From Candidatus Latescibacterota bacterium (GTDB lineage: Bacteria; Latescibacterota; UBA2968; UBA8231), in the NCBI GenBank assembly GCA_963422735.1, contig OY730476.1:2048001-2112000 (forward strand): 64,000 nucleotides of DNA, written 5' to 3'. The notes beneath the pieces are model-generated. The model was not told where the DNA came from. It made no database searches and worked only from the letters and a program-made list of their open reading frames with translations. Each line of letters opens with the position of its first letter. Position 1 is the stretch's first letter. Positions 18,937 to 28,614 of the stretch are shown one piece after another. Made by a program: the position numbers and the translations under genes.

Positions 18937-21900
18937 GCATGGTGCCCCAAACCCCTTTTGCCCCGGTTCCGTCCCAAGTGGACTTTCCCGCTCAGGAGCG
19001 CCGCATTCTCGAATTCTGGCGCGACGGCGACCTGTATCGCAAATCCGTTGATGCCCGTTCCGTCGAGCGGCCCTTTCGCTTCTACGACGGGCCGCCCTTT
19101 GCAACTGGACTGCCCCACTACGGACACCTGCTGGCGTCCATCACCAAGGACGTGGTCCCCCGCTACTGGACGATGCGCGGGTACCGAGTGGAACGCCGCT
19201 GGGGCTGGGACTGCCACGGCCTACCCGTCGAAAACGAAGCCGAGCAGCAGCTCGGGCTCCGGTCTCGGCGCGACATTCTCGAATACGGCGTGTCCCAGTT
19301 CAACGAGGCTTGCCGAGACTTGGTGCTGCACTACACGGCCGAGTGGCAGAGGCTGATCGAGCGACTGGGGCGCTGGGTTGATTGGGACAACCAGTACCGG
19401 ACGATGGACCCCGATTTTATGGAGTCCGTCTGGTGGGTGTTCAAGTCGCTGTGGGACAAGGGGCTTATATATGAGGGCTACAAGTCCCTCGCCTACTGTC
19501 CCCGCTGCGCCACACCGCTGTCGAACTTCGAGGTCAATCAGGGCTACCAAGACACTCAGGATCCGTCGATTACGGTGCGCTTCCGCGTCGCCGACGAACA
19601 GCGCCTGTCCCTGCTCGCTTGGACGACGACCCCGTGGACTCTGCCCTCCAACATGGGCTTGGCCGTCGGCTGCAACATCGACTACGTGCGCGTCACCACC
19701 CGCGACGGGGAGCAGTCGATCCTCGCCGCTTCCCTCGTCGAAAGCATCTTCCGCCGACACGACAGCGAAGTCGCCGAGGTAACGCCGGTCGCCATTGAAG
19801 ACCTCGTTGGGCTCCGCTACGAGCCTTTGTTCGACTACTTCGCCGACCGCGCCGAAGAGGGTGCTTTCCGCGTAGTAACAGCCGATTTCGTGTCCACCGA
19901 CGACGGCACTGGCATCGTCCACATTGCCCCGGGGTTCGGCGAGGACGATTACCAACTCGGTCTGGCCGAGGGCTTGCCCGTGGTTTGCCCCATCGACGCC
20001 GACTGCTGCTTCACCGACGAGATCCCGGACTTTGCGGGTGCTTTTGTGAAGGACACCGATACGCCCATCATCCGCCGCTTGCGCGCCTCTGGTCAGCTAT
20101 TCTCCGAAGGCTCTATCGAGCACTCGTACCCTTTCTGCTGGCGCTGCGACTCGCCCCTCATCTACCGCACGATCTCCACTTGGTTCGTGAAAATCGAAGG
20201 CGAGGTGAAGGAGAAGATGCTCGCCGCCAATCAGCAGATCTGGTGGATTCCCGAGCACATCCGCGATGGCCGCTTCGGCAAGGGCGTTGAGTCGGCACCG
20301 GACTGGGCCATCAGCCGCAACCGCTACTGGGGAACGCCACTGCCGATCTGGCGCAACGAGGAGACGGGCGAAGCCGCGTGCATCGGCAGCCGCCAGGAGT
20401 TGCGCGAACTCACCGGACGCGACGTCGATGACCTGCACAAGCACTTCATCGACGACCTCGAGATTCCGGCGCCGTCCGGGAACGGCTCTCTGCGGCGCGT
20501 ACCCGAAGTCCTCGACTGTTGGTTCGAGTCTGGGTCCATGCCGTACGCGCAGAACCACTACCCCTTCGGTCGGCGTGCGGACTTCGAGGCCTCTTTCCCG
20601 GCCGACTTCATCTCCGAGAACCTCGATATGACCCGCGGGTGGTTCTACACCCTGACGATCCTAGCTGCGGCCCTGTTCGACAAGCCGGCTTTCCACAACT
20701 GCATCGTCGGCGGCATGCTGCTAGCCGCCGACGGACGCAAGCTGAGCAAGCGCTTGAAAAACTATCCCGATCCGGCTGAGATGCTCGATACCTACGGTGC
20801 CGACGCTTTGCGCCTCTACCTGCTCAACTCGCCGGCCATGAAGGCCGAGGAGATGCGCCTTACCGAAGAGGGCATTAAGCAGAGCCTGCGCGATGTCATC
20901 ATTCCCTTGTGGAATGCCTATAGCTTCTTTGTTACCTACGCGGCCATTGACGGTTGGACGCCAGACGAGGGCCGTGTGCAGACGCTGGACCACCGCCTCG
21001 ACCGGTGGATTCTTTCGGAGTTGCAGACCTTGCTCCGCGATCTCAACGCCGAAATGGAAGCCTACCGGCTCTACCGCACAGTGCCAGCGATGGTGGCCTT
21101 TATCGAGAAGCTGACCAACTGGTACATCCGCCGCAGCCGCCGCCGCTTCTGGAAGTCCGAGGACGACCAAGACAAGGCGGCCGCGTACGACACGCTCTAT
21201 CGAGTGCTGGTGACTTTCATCAAAGCCCTAGCGCCGGTCTTGCCCTTTATCACCGAGATTATCTACCAGAACTTGGTGCGCCGCGTGGATGCCGAGGCAC
21301 CCGCAAGCGTCCATCTGTGCGACATGCCGCAGGCCGACGAGTACTTGCGCGACGCCTCCTTAGAGCAGCAAATGGAACTGGCGACGCGAGCCGTGGTCTT
21401 GGGCCGCTCGCTGCGCAGCAAGCACGCGCTCAAAGTGCGCCAGCCGCTGCGGTACCTCTGGCTTTTGCCCCCCAACGAACACAGCCGCCACGGGCTGGAA
21501 CAGATGACCGACCTGCTAGCCGACGAGCTCAACGTCAAAGAAGTAGTGCTGGTGGAGGATGAGACCGAATTTAGCGAGGTCTCCTACCGGCCCGACTTCC
21601 GCGCCTTAGGGCCGCGCTTCGGCAAGCGGATGCCAGAAGTCGCCAGCCGCATCCAAGCCCTAACGGCTGCGGATGTACACCTCCTCGAGAACGGTGGCCA
21701 ACTCTCCGTAGCTGGCGGCGAGATCGGGCTGGCCGACATCGCCGTGCAGCGCCGAGAGAAAGAGGGCGTGGTGGTAGCCCTCGACAACAACCTCGGGGTG
21801 GGGCTAGACATCCAGCTCGACAACGAACTGATCGCCGAATGCACGGCACGCGAGTTCATCAACCGCGTACAGAACATGCGCAAAGACGCCGGGCTGGACG

Positions 21901-22094
21901 TCGCCGACCGCATCCACGTCTGGGTGCAGGGCGCGGCCGCTTTGGAGGAAGCGGTTCAGCAGCACAACTCGTACATCTCCGCCGAGACCCTAGCGCTGGC
22001 CCTCCACACTGGGGAATTGCCCCAAGAGGCGCTCTTGCAGCAGGAGCGGCAGGTCAACGGTCTCGACGGCATCATTGCCATCGCTAAAGGCTAG
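18933..22094 (+). CDS. ileS: Isoleucine--tRNA ligase, type 2 (IleRS2)
   Basis: FYDGPPFATGLPHYGH, GWDCHGLP.E, WTTTPWTLPSN, DWAISRNRYWGTP, DCWFESGSMP and KLSKR. Confidence 0.97.
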   Translation: MSMVPQTPFAPVPSQVDFPAQERRILEFWRDGDLYRKSVDARSVERPFRFYDGPPFATGLPHYGHLLASITKDVVPRYWTMRGYRVERRWGWDCHGLPVENEAEQQLGLRSRRDILEYGVSQFNEACRDLVLHYTAEWQRLIERLGRWVDWDNQYRTMDPDFMESVWWVFKSLWDKGLIYEGYKSLAYCPRCATPLSNFEVNQGYQDTQDPSITVRFRVADEQRLSLLAWTTTPWTLPSNMGLAVGCNIDYVRVTTRDGEQSILAASLVESIFRRHDSEVAEVTPVAIEDLVGLRYEPLFDYFADRAEEGAFRVVTADFVSTDDGTGIVHIAPGFGEDDYQLGLAEGLPVVCPIDADCCFTDEIPDFAGAFVKDTDTPIIRRLRASGQLFSEGSIEHSYPFCWRCDSPLIYRTISTWFVKIEGEVKEKMLAANQQIWWIPEHIRDGRFGKGVESAPDWAISRNRYWGTPLPIWRNEETGEAACIGSRQELRELTGRDVDDLHKHFIDDLEIPAPSGNGSLRRVPEVLDCWFESGSMPYAQNHYPFGRRADFEASFPADFISENLDMTRGWFYTLTILAAALFDKPAFHNCIVGGMLLAADGRKLSKRLKNYPDPAEMLDTYGADALRLYLLNSPAMKAEEMRLTEEGIKQSLRDVIIPLWNAYSFFVTYAAIDGWTPDEGRVQTLDHRLDRWILSELQTLLRDLNAEMEAYRLYRTVPAMVAFIEKLTNWYIRRSRRRFWKSEDDQDKAAAYDTLYRVLVTFIKALAPVLPFITEIIYQNLVRRVDAEAPASVHLCDMPQADEYLRDASLEQQMELATRAVVLGRSLRSKHALKVRQPLRYLWLLPPNEHSRHGLEQMTDLLADELNVKEVVLVEDETEFSEVSYRPDFRALGPRFGKRMPEVASRIQALTAADVHLLENGGQLSVAGGEIGLADIAVQRREKEGVVVALDNNLGVGLDIQLDNELIAECTAREFINRVQNMRKDAGLDVADRIHVWVQGAAALEEAVQQHNSYISAETLALALHTGELPQEALLQQERQVNGLDGIIAIAKG

Positions 22095-22127
22095 TACAAA
22101 CGGACGACGTGAAGAGAGGTAAAATCA

Positions 22128-22532
22128 ATGGATGACAAACCCAATCAGATGGACAAAGAACACCTCGATTTTTTTAAGAAATTGCTACTCAAAAAAATCG
22201 CCCAGATATCGGACGACGTCGAAGCCATCGAAAACACTGCGCGCAACGACGCCCGGGAAACGGCATCCGAGGACCGCTCGACCTATTCGCTGCACATGGC
22301 CGACCACGGGACCGACGCTATGGAACGAGAAAAATCCCTACTCCTCGCCCAGCGCGGTGGCGATTACATCGACTACTTAAACGAGGCCCTGCAGCGCATT
22401 GAGAACGGCACCTTTGGGATCTGCCGCACCTGCAAGGGACCAATCGGCCGCGGCCGACTAGAGGCCGTGCCCACCGCTACCCAGTGTATTCGCTGCAAGT
22501 CCAAGCGCGAAGAGGAGTCGGACCTAGAGTGA
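22128..22532 (+). CDS. dksA: DksA/TraR C4-type zinc-finger protein
   Basis: HMADHGTD..ERE, AL.RIE.GTFGIC..C...I...RLEAVP.A..CI.CK. Confidence 0.85.
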   Translation: MDDKPNQMDKEHLDFFKKLLLKKIAQISDDVEAIENTARNDARETASEDRSTYSLHMADHGTDAMEREKSLLLAQRGGDYIDYLNEALQRIENGTFGICRTCKGPIGRGRLEAVPTATQCIRCKSKREEESDLE

Positions 22533-23011
22533 CGTTTCTGTGGATCATACCACTGACCGTGGCCATCGATCAAGCTAGCAAGTTCATCGTCCGTGGCTCT
22601 ATGGCACGGTACCAGTCCGAGTCTGTGCTGGGCGACTTTTTCCGCCTGACCTACATCCACAACCCAGGTGCGGCCTTCGGGCTGAACTTGGGCAGCCCGC
22701 TTCTGCACACCGCCCTCTCGATCCTCGCACTCGGCATCCTCGTTTACCTCTATCGCTCGCTCGCCGAGAACGAGCGGCTCTTGCGCCTGGCCCTCTGCCT
22801 AGTATTAGGCGGTGCTGTGGGCAACATCATCGACCGCCTGTATTTGGGAGAAGTGATAGATTTCTTCGACTTCGGCCTTGGGGATTTGCGCTGGCCGATC
22901 TTCAACTTTGCCGATTCCTTCGTCACCGTCGGCGTATTGCTCTTGGCCTTGGGCTACTCGCGCCGCGAAAAAGCCCCAGCCGGCTCCACAGAGGAAGCCC
23001 CCCCCAGCTAA
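22529..23011 (+). CDS. lspA: Lipoprotein signal peptidase II
   Basis: DQASK, N.GAAFG, GGAVGNIIDR, VIDF and FNFAD; the GTG start overlaps the dksA stop. Confidence 0.95.
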   Translation: MTFLWIIPLTVAIDQASKFIVRGSMARYQSESVLGDFFRLTYIHNPGAAFGLNLGSPLLHTALSILALGILVYLYRSLAENERLLRLALCLVLGGAVGNIIDRLYLGEVIDFFDFGLGDLRWPIFNFADSFVTVGVLLLALGYSRREKAPAGSTEEAPPS

Positions 23012-23015
23012 CGCC

Positions 23016-23969
23016 ATGCACCTCGCCGTTGCCGCCGCGGCCCCCGAGCGGCTCGATCTTTTTCTGCGCCACCGCTGTCCTCAGCTTTCTCGGAGCCGCA
23101 TCCAAACGCTGATTAAGTCCGGGGCGATTCGCGTCAATGGCGCACCGACGCGCCCGGCGTACTTGGTCCAGCCCGGGGACGAGATCGCCGTCGAGCTGCC
23201 CGAGCCCGAGCCGTCAGCCGCACGCCCCGAGCCGCTGCCCCTGTCCATCGCGTACGAAGACGACGACCTGCTAGTCGTGAACAAGGCCGCCGGCATGACC
23301 GTGCATCCGGCTCCGGGCGCGACCGAGGGCACTCTCGTCAACGCGCTGTTGCACTACTGCCGCGATCTGTCGGGCATCAACGGCGCGCTCCGGCCGGGAA
23401 TCGTCCATCGGCTCGACAAGGAGACGAGCGGCTTGCTGCTAGTAGCCAAGCACAACGCCGTCCACCGAACGCTCGCCCATAGCTTGCAAGCGCGGCAAAT
23501 TGAGCGCTGTTATCTGGCCCTCGTATGGGGGGAGATGCGGGAGGCCGAGGGCCGGATCGAGGCCCCAATTGGCCGCCACCCCAAGAATCGCAAAAAGATG
23601 GCCGTAATCGCCGTCGGTCGAGCCGCGGCCACGAACTTCAAGGTCGCCGAGCGCTTCCCCTTTACCAATCTAGTCGAATGCCGCTTAGAGACCGGACGCA
23701 CGCACCAGATCCGCGTACATCTGGCCCATATCGGCCACCCGGTCTTCGGCGACCCCGTGTACGGAGGTCGCGATCAGGCGCGGGGCATCCGCCCGGAATA
23801 CCAGCGTCAAGCCAAGTGGATGCTGACCCTGATAAAACGCCAAGCCCTGCACGCCTACGCGCTGCGTTTTGCTCACCCGACAACCGGAGAGATGATGAAG
23901 TTTACCGTGCCGCCACCAGAGGATTTGCGGGCCGTATTAGAGGCGGCACGGGTGCGCTCCCTAACCTAG
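23016..23969 (+). CDS. rluD: RluA/RluD family 23S rRNA pseudouridine synthase
   Basis: S4 domain (RLD.FL), VNK.AG..VHP, GIVHRLDKETSG, LETGRTHQIRVH and GD.VYG. Confidence 0.93.
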   Translation: MHLAVAAAAPERLDLFLRHRCPQLSRSRIQTLIKSGAIRVNGAPTRPAYLVQPGDEIAVELPEPEPSAARPEPLPLSIAYEDDDLLVVNKAAGMTVHPAPGATEGTLVNALLHYCRDLSGINGALRPGIVHRLDKETSGLLLVAKHNAVHRTLAHSLQARQIERCYLALVWGEMREAEGRIEAPIGRHPKNRKKMAVIAVGRAAATNFKVAERFPFTNLVECRLETGRTHQIRVHLAHIGHPVFGDPVYGGRDQARGIRPEYQRQAKWMLTLIKRQALHAYALRFAHPTTGEMMKFTVPPPEDLRAVLEAARVRSLT

Positions 23970-24185
23970 CCCTCGTCATCGCTAAGGAGATGAAGTGGTA
24001 GCTAGCTGGACGACAGAGATGTCCAGAATGTCCGTGTGCATCATGGGCGCGGCGACTGGATGGTGTGGTGGCTGCCTCTCAAGTCTAGGCTGAATCTGCT
24101 GAACTGAGAATAGCTACTGTATCGGTGGCCAAGCCCTTAGCACACAGGGCGACGGTCTGGTCAAAGGCATAAGTGGCTTCTTCAA

Positions 24186-24279
24186 TACCTTGAGCATTTT
24201 TATTCACGGCTCCTTTCCTCATCGCCGTACGAGTACCTGCCGAAAATGGCGTACGGCGCATCTGAATCGTACACTCGGC
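24186..24279 (-). pseudogene. Degenerate relic copy of the 3' end of the RraA-family gene (26843-26960)
   Basis: 24215-24250 matches 26874-26909 at 32/36 nt (AIFGRYSYGDEE vs AIFGGHSYGDEE), with weaker similarity on both sides. Confidence 0.7.
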
Positions 24280-24309
24280 TGGAGCGAACTGCTCTAAAAG
24301 GAAAAAGCC

Positions 24310-25708
24310 ATGCACGAGACTAACCTACTGAGAGCCGGAGCGGCAATGATCGACATTACTCCGCCCGCGGGGACGCATCTGGCGGGCAGCGGGGCCGGCG
24401 AGTACCGCCCGGCCCAAACCGTAATGGATCCACTCTTTGCCAAGGCCATCGTCTTTGAGGCGGGCGAGCGACGCGTCTGCATGGTGATCTTGGATCTGAC
24501 TATTGTCACCGGCGACTACACGGACAAAATCCGCGCCGCCATAAGCGAGCAAACGGACTTGGCACCCGAGGCGATCATGGTCCAAGCGACCCAGACACAC
24601 TCGGCCCCGAGCCTCGGCTATTTTATGCTAGATCCAGATTTCCCATTGGAGACCATCGCAGAGACCGAGTATCTGCGCGGAGCCGAACGCGCCTACGGAG
24701 ATCGGGCTGCGGCCTCTGCGGTGGAGGCGGTAGTCGAGGCGATGGGCAAGCTGCAACCTGCGCGCATCGGTTTGGGACGCGGCGCGTTGGGGGGCTTGGC
24801 CTTCAATCGCCGCGATATTCGCCGGGACGGCACCATCGCCATGCCCAAGCCACAGGGTCGGGAGCAGCAGCCGTTCGGGATCGCGGATATCTGCTATCTC
24901 GAAGGGCCGATGGACCCGGAGGTCGGCGTGTGCTGCGTACAGGATATGGATATGCAGCCGCTGGCCTTTCTCCTGCACTACACCTGTCACCCGGTCAATG
25001 CGTTCGGATACCCCGAGACCTACCGGGCGGTGTCGGCGGATTGGCCTGGTGCTTGGGCATGGGAGATGCAGCAACTATTCGGCTCCGATGCAGTGCCGTT
25101 GGTCGTCAACGGCTGTTGCGGCAACATTAATCCCTGGCACCCCTTCGACCCGGATTGCCGGCCGGATCACCAGCGGATGGGGCGCGAACTAGCCCAGATG
25201 AGTGAACGAATCGTGCACAATATGGCGTTTGCCAACGACGCTGCGTTGGATTGTAGGATCGAAAAGGTCGGGCTACCCTATCGCGATATTCCGGCCGAGC
25301 GGTTGCAGGAGGTCAACGCGATTCTCGCAAAGGATCCGCAACCGCCGCGCGGGGAAAACGGCGCAGTGGACCCACACTGGTTCCGGGCCGCATCGACCCA
25401 TACAGCGAGACGCCGAGTTCCCCTATGAGATCCAAGCTTTCCGCATAGGCGACCTCGGCGTCATTGGCCTGCCAGGCGAACCTTTTGTCGAAGGACAACT
25501 CGCGCTCAAAACAAACTCAGCAGCACCGTTTCTCTTTTTAGCGCACCTCACGACGCACTATGTCGGCTACCTTCCGACGCGAGCGGCCTACGCCCGAGGT
25601 GGGCACGAGGCCAACGAAGACATTACCTACTGGGCCAAACTCGCCCCCGGCAGCCTCGAAACGGTAGTTGAGCAGGCCCGCACGCTGGTACAAGAGCTAT
25701 TTGTATGA
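24310..25708 (+). pseudogene. Neutral/alkaline ceramidase N-terminal-like amidohydrolase, frameshifted near 25400
   Basis: GAA..DITP, DPL.AKA, ATQTHSAP, HYTCHP, SADWPG and NGCCGNINP lie in ORF 24310-25428. The C-terminal part (EIQAFRIGD....LPGEPFVE...YVGY.PT...GGHE) is in another frame ending at 25708. Confidence 0.8.
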
Positions 25709-25807
25709 GCTAGGGATCACGGGCGTTAACGTGCGAGCGGATGGATGGGGTCCGATAGTGGCGAAACTGTTTGCCCGCGTATTATCTGGTGGACGCACTG
25801 CGGCGGC

Positions 25808-26839
25808 TCAGCTACTAAACCCAACTTCGCGCTCTCCCTTGTCGGCCGCCTCCTGAATGCGAAGGACGTGGCGCGTCGAGCGCAGCACCGCAGCGGTGTC
25901 GAGGCCGTTGGCGGGCACTTCGCCGGCGATGTCGTCGAGGAAGGAGCGCAGGTAGCCGCCCGCTTGGGCCGGGGGTAGCGGCTCGATCTGCACGGTGGCG
26001 TCTTCCCTGCCGAGCACTTGAATGACCTTGGCCGCAGTCGAAGTCTCGATTACTCCATCCCTTCCCCAAAACGTGGTCCGCCAGTAGTAAGGCATGGTGT
26101 AGCCCGCCCTATCAGGTGCGAAGTACGACACGTCGCCCAAGACCCCACAGCCGTTGTCCATCTCCAGCATCATCTGCCCAGCGTCCTGCAAATGAAGGTC
26201 TTGGGGGGCAAAGGCCCGCCAGCAGCGGGCGGCGTTGATTTTTGCCCACTGGCGGCCTGTAACCCAAGGCAAAGCGTCAATGGCGTGGATGCCAATATCG
26301 GCGATGGTACCGCCGTGCTTGCCCTGTTCAAAATACCAGCCGGGCCGCGTGCCCAAAAGCAGCGGGTGTTGGCCACCAAAGGCGATGGCGTGGACTTGGC
26401 CGATGCGGCCGGCTTGGATCAGGTTGCGCACGCCGATAAAAGGGGCGGCATCGCGCATAGTCAACATGCAGCCGACCTTGAGGTTTTTCTCGCGTGCCAG
26501 CACCTCAATGCGGTCGAGGTCGGCCATTTTGGTACACAGAGGTTTGTCGCTGATGACGTGTTTGCCGCGTGTGAGCGCTTCGATCAGCACCGGGCCGCGA
26601 CCGGCGAAATAGGTGCCGGTCGCGACGATATCGCAGTCCACCTCGTCGAGCATTTGTTCGATCCGGTCGTGGGTGATTGCGGCGCGGCCCTTTGCGTGGA
26701 TTTCAGCGCGCGTCTCGGTGTGCTCCTCGCATGCGGCTACCTCTTCGAGCGCAGACGAGGCGCGGGCTAGTGCGTAGAGGTCGAAGATGTGGCCGTGGCG
26801 GAAGCCGGCGAAGGCGATTTTGTGGGGGACTTCACTCAT
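25808..26839 (-). CDS. Gfo/Idh/MocA family oxidoreductase
   Basis: Rossmann-like N-terminus, GKHVISDKPLC and HGG.I.DIGIH.ID. Confidence 0.9.
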   Translation of the reverse strand: MSEVPHKIAFAGFRHGHIFDLYALARASSALEEVAACEEHTETRAEIHAKGRAAITHDRIEQMLDEVDCDIVATGTYFAGRGPVLIEALTRGKHVISDKPLCTKMADLDRIEVLAREKNLKVGCMLTMRDAAPFIGVRNLIQAGRIGQVHAIAFGGQHPLLLGTRPGWYFEQGKHGGTIADIGIHAIDALPWVTGRQWAKINAARCWRAFAPQDLHLQDAGQMMLEMDNGCGVLGDVSYFAPDRAGYTMPYYWRTTFWGRDGVIETSTAAKVIQVLGREDATVQIEPLPPAQAGGYLRSFLDDIAGEVPANGLDTAAVLRSTRHVLRIQEAADKGEREVGFSS

Positions 26840-27590
26840 CCCTACCTCTGAGCACTTTGGCTCGCGATTCCCCTTCCTCGTCGCCGTACGAGTGCCCGCC
26901 GAAGATGGCCCGCAGTTCGGCCGCGGATGTGGCTTGGCGCATCTGGGCCATGCGCTCGGCCTCGTGTTTTTGCAGGGCGCGGACGTTTCCCAGCACCGCG
27001 CTGAGCTTGTCGGCGGGGAATTTTACCGCACCGTTTTCGTCCATGTGAACTATTTCGCCTGGGGCCACATCCATGCCGGCGACCGAGACCGGCACATTGA
27101 CCGCGTGGATGGCTTGGGCACCGTGACCGGCGGTGACGCCGCTGAGCAAGTACTGGAACTTCATCGGGCGAATCTCGTCGATGTCGCGCGAGGGGCCGTT
27201 GGAAATCGCGCCAACGCAGCCAATGGCCTGCATGGCGGTAGTCATGTTGCCGCCGGCTAGGCCGACTTTGCCTTGGATTTCGGGCGGGAACTTCTGCTCG
27301 AAGACCAAGATCGTCGGCTTGGGCGAGGCGTCGAGGGCGTCGAGAACGTCCATGAAGCTAACGCCGTTGTATGTGGGGTCGGGCAAGCCGTAGGTGCAGG
27401 TGACCGCGTAGCCGACGGTGGGGCCGAGCTCGGGATACATACAGCGCAGCGACTGGTCGGTGTACCAGTTTTCGCTCCAGGGATTGTATAGCCCCAAGCA
27501 CAAGGGGTCGCCCGGATAGGTGGCCACGACATTGGTAATTGAAGGCGTGTCAAAGTTTTTCAGCTCGGCGAGCATTTCTCTAGGGGTCAT
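26832..27590 (-). CDS. RraA/HMG-aldolase family protein
   Basis: TP.ITN, GYAVT, G.NM, NGPSRDIDE, V.PGEIVHMDENG.V. Confidence 0.85.
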   Translation of the reverse strand: MTPREMLAELKNFDTPSITNVVATYPGDPLCLGLYNPWSENWYTDQSLRCMYPELGPTVGYAVTCTYGLPDPTYNGVSFMDVLDALDASPKPTILVFEQKFPPEIQGKVGLAGGNMTTAMQAIGCVGAISNGPSRDIDEIRPMKFQYLLSGVTAGHGAQAIHAVNVPVSVAGMDVAPGEIVHMDENGAVKFPADKLSAVLGNVRALQKHEAERMAQMRQATSAAELRAIFGGHSYGDEEGESRAKVLRGRDE

Positions 27591-27632
27591 TGAAGGCTCC
27601 TGATTGCGTAATGGGGAAAGGATCGTTTCACG

Positions 27633-28445
27633 TTAATGCTGATCGCGGCGCGGCAGGATCGGCTGATTCTTCAGTTCGCGGATTAGCCCTACAAGCCCCC
27701 CGGTCGCCGCTTCTAAAAATTTTTCGCCTTTTTCCCGAGAGGCTTTAGTCGCGTCGCCCACCACGCCGCTGGCCGTCTGCTGGCTCCAGTACGGTATCAG
27801 CCGCGCACCCGATCCTTCAGGGTGCGTACCGGACAACAGGTCGGTGCGGAAGCTGGACGATAGCGGCGAGCGCTCATCAACGGCTTTGTCCATTTCGACG
27901 AGTTCCGGCTTGAGCGCGAGATAGAGCGAGGTCTCGTATTCGCCGGCGTGCGAGGTGCCGCCGTAGGACGAGTCGCGCAGTTGGTTGCCCACTCTCTTGG
28001 CGCAGCGTATATCCCAGTGATTGACCGAAGCGCAGAGGATCTGGCCCTCGTATTCGAGGACGGTGAGGCGGGCCGCTAGGTCGAGCGGCGAGGTATTGGA
28101 GCCGTGCCCATTGACGATGAGGATGCGCTCAAAGCCGTGGTGGGCCAAGCTGCAACACACGTCCTTGACATAGCGGATAAAGGTATCCCAAGTAATAGTC
28201 AGAGTACCGTGGAAATCCATGTGGTGCGGGCTGTAGCCGTGAGTGACGGGCGGGGCGAGCACAGCTTCTTCTGGGATGCGGGCCACGGCGCGCTCGCAGA
28301 TGCCGTGGCACAGCACCACGTCCGTATCCACCGGCAGATGCGGGCCGTGGTCTTCGTGCGTAGCGACAGGTAGCACGGCGACGCGGCCCGCGGCGGCGGC
28401 GTCCCGGGTTTCGTTCCAAATCATCTCGGCATAGCGGTATTTCAC
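27633..28445 (-). CDS. Creatininase/creatinine amidohydrolase family protein
   Basis: E.HGPHLP..TD, GYSPHH..F.GT, NGHGSN, HAGEYETS and SGV.GD. Confidence 0.92.
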   Translation of the reverse strand: MKYRYAEMIWNETRDAAAAGRVAVLPVATHEDHGPHLPVDTDVVLCHGICERAVARIPEEAVLAPPVTHGYSPHHMDFHGTLTITWDTFIRYVKDVCCSLAHHGFERILIVNGHGSNTSPLDLAARLTVLEYEGQILCASVNHWDIRCAKRVGNQLRDSSYGGTSHAGEYETSLYLALKPELVEMDKAVDERSPLSSSFRTDLLSGTHPEGSGARLIPYWSQQTASGVVGDATKASREKGEKFLEAATGGLVGLIRELKNQPILPRRDQH

Positions 28446-28614
28446 GGCGGTTCGCTCCTTAAGACAATAATAGGGTCAGTGTACGAGAACGCGGAAAGAA
28501 GTACGCAATTCGCGCAGCAGGAGCAAGTTGCCATTCCTCGACAGTTTTCAGCATCCCTTCTATATTTTGGAAGGGGCAACTCTACTCGCAACCTAACCGA
28601 AGGGACAGCAATAC

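Noticed and set aside
18933-22094. IleRS2 as an acquired mupirocin-resistance gene
   Set aside because: It sits in a normal housekeeping context (yggS-yggT-ileS-dksA-lspA-rluD) with host-like codon usage.
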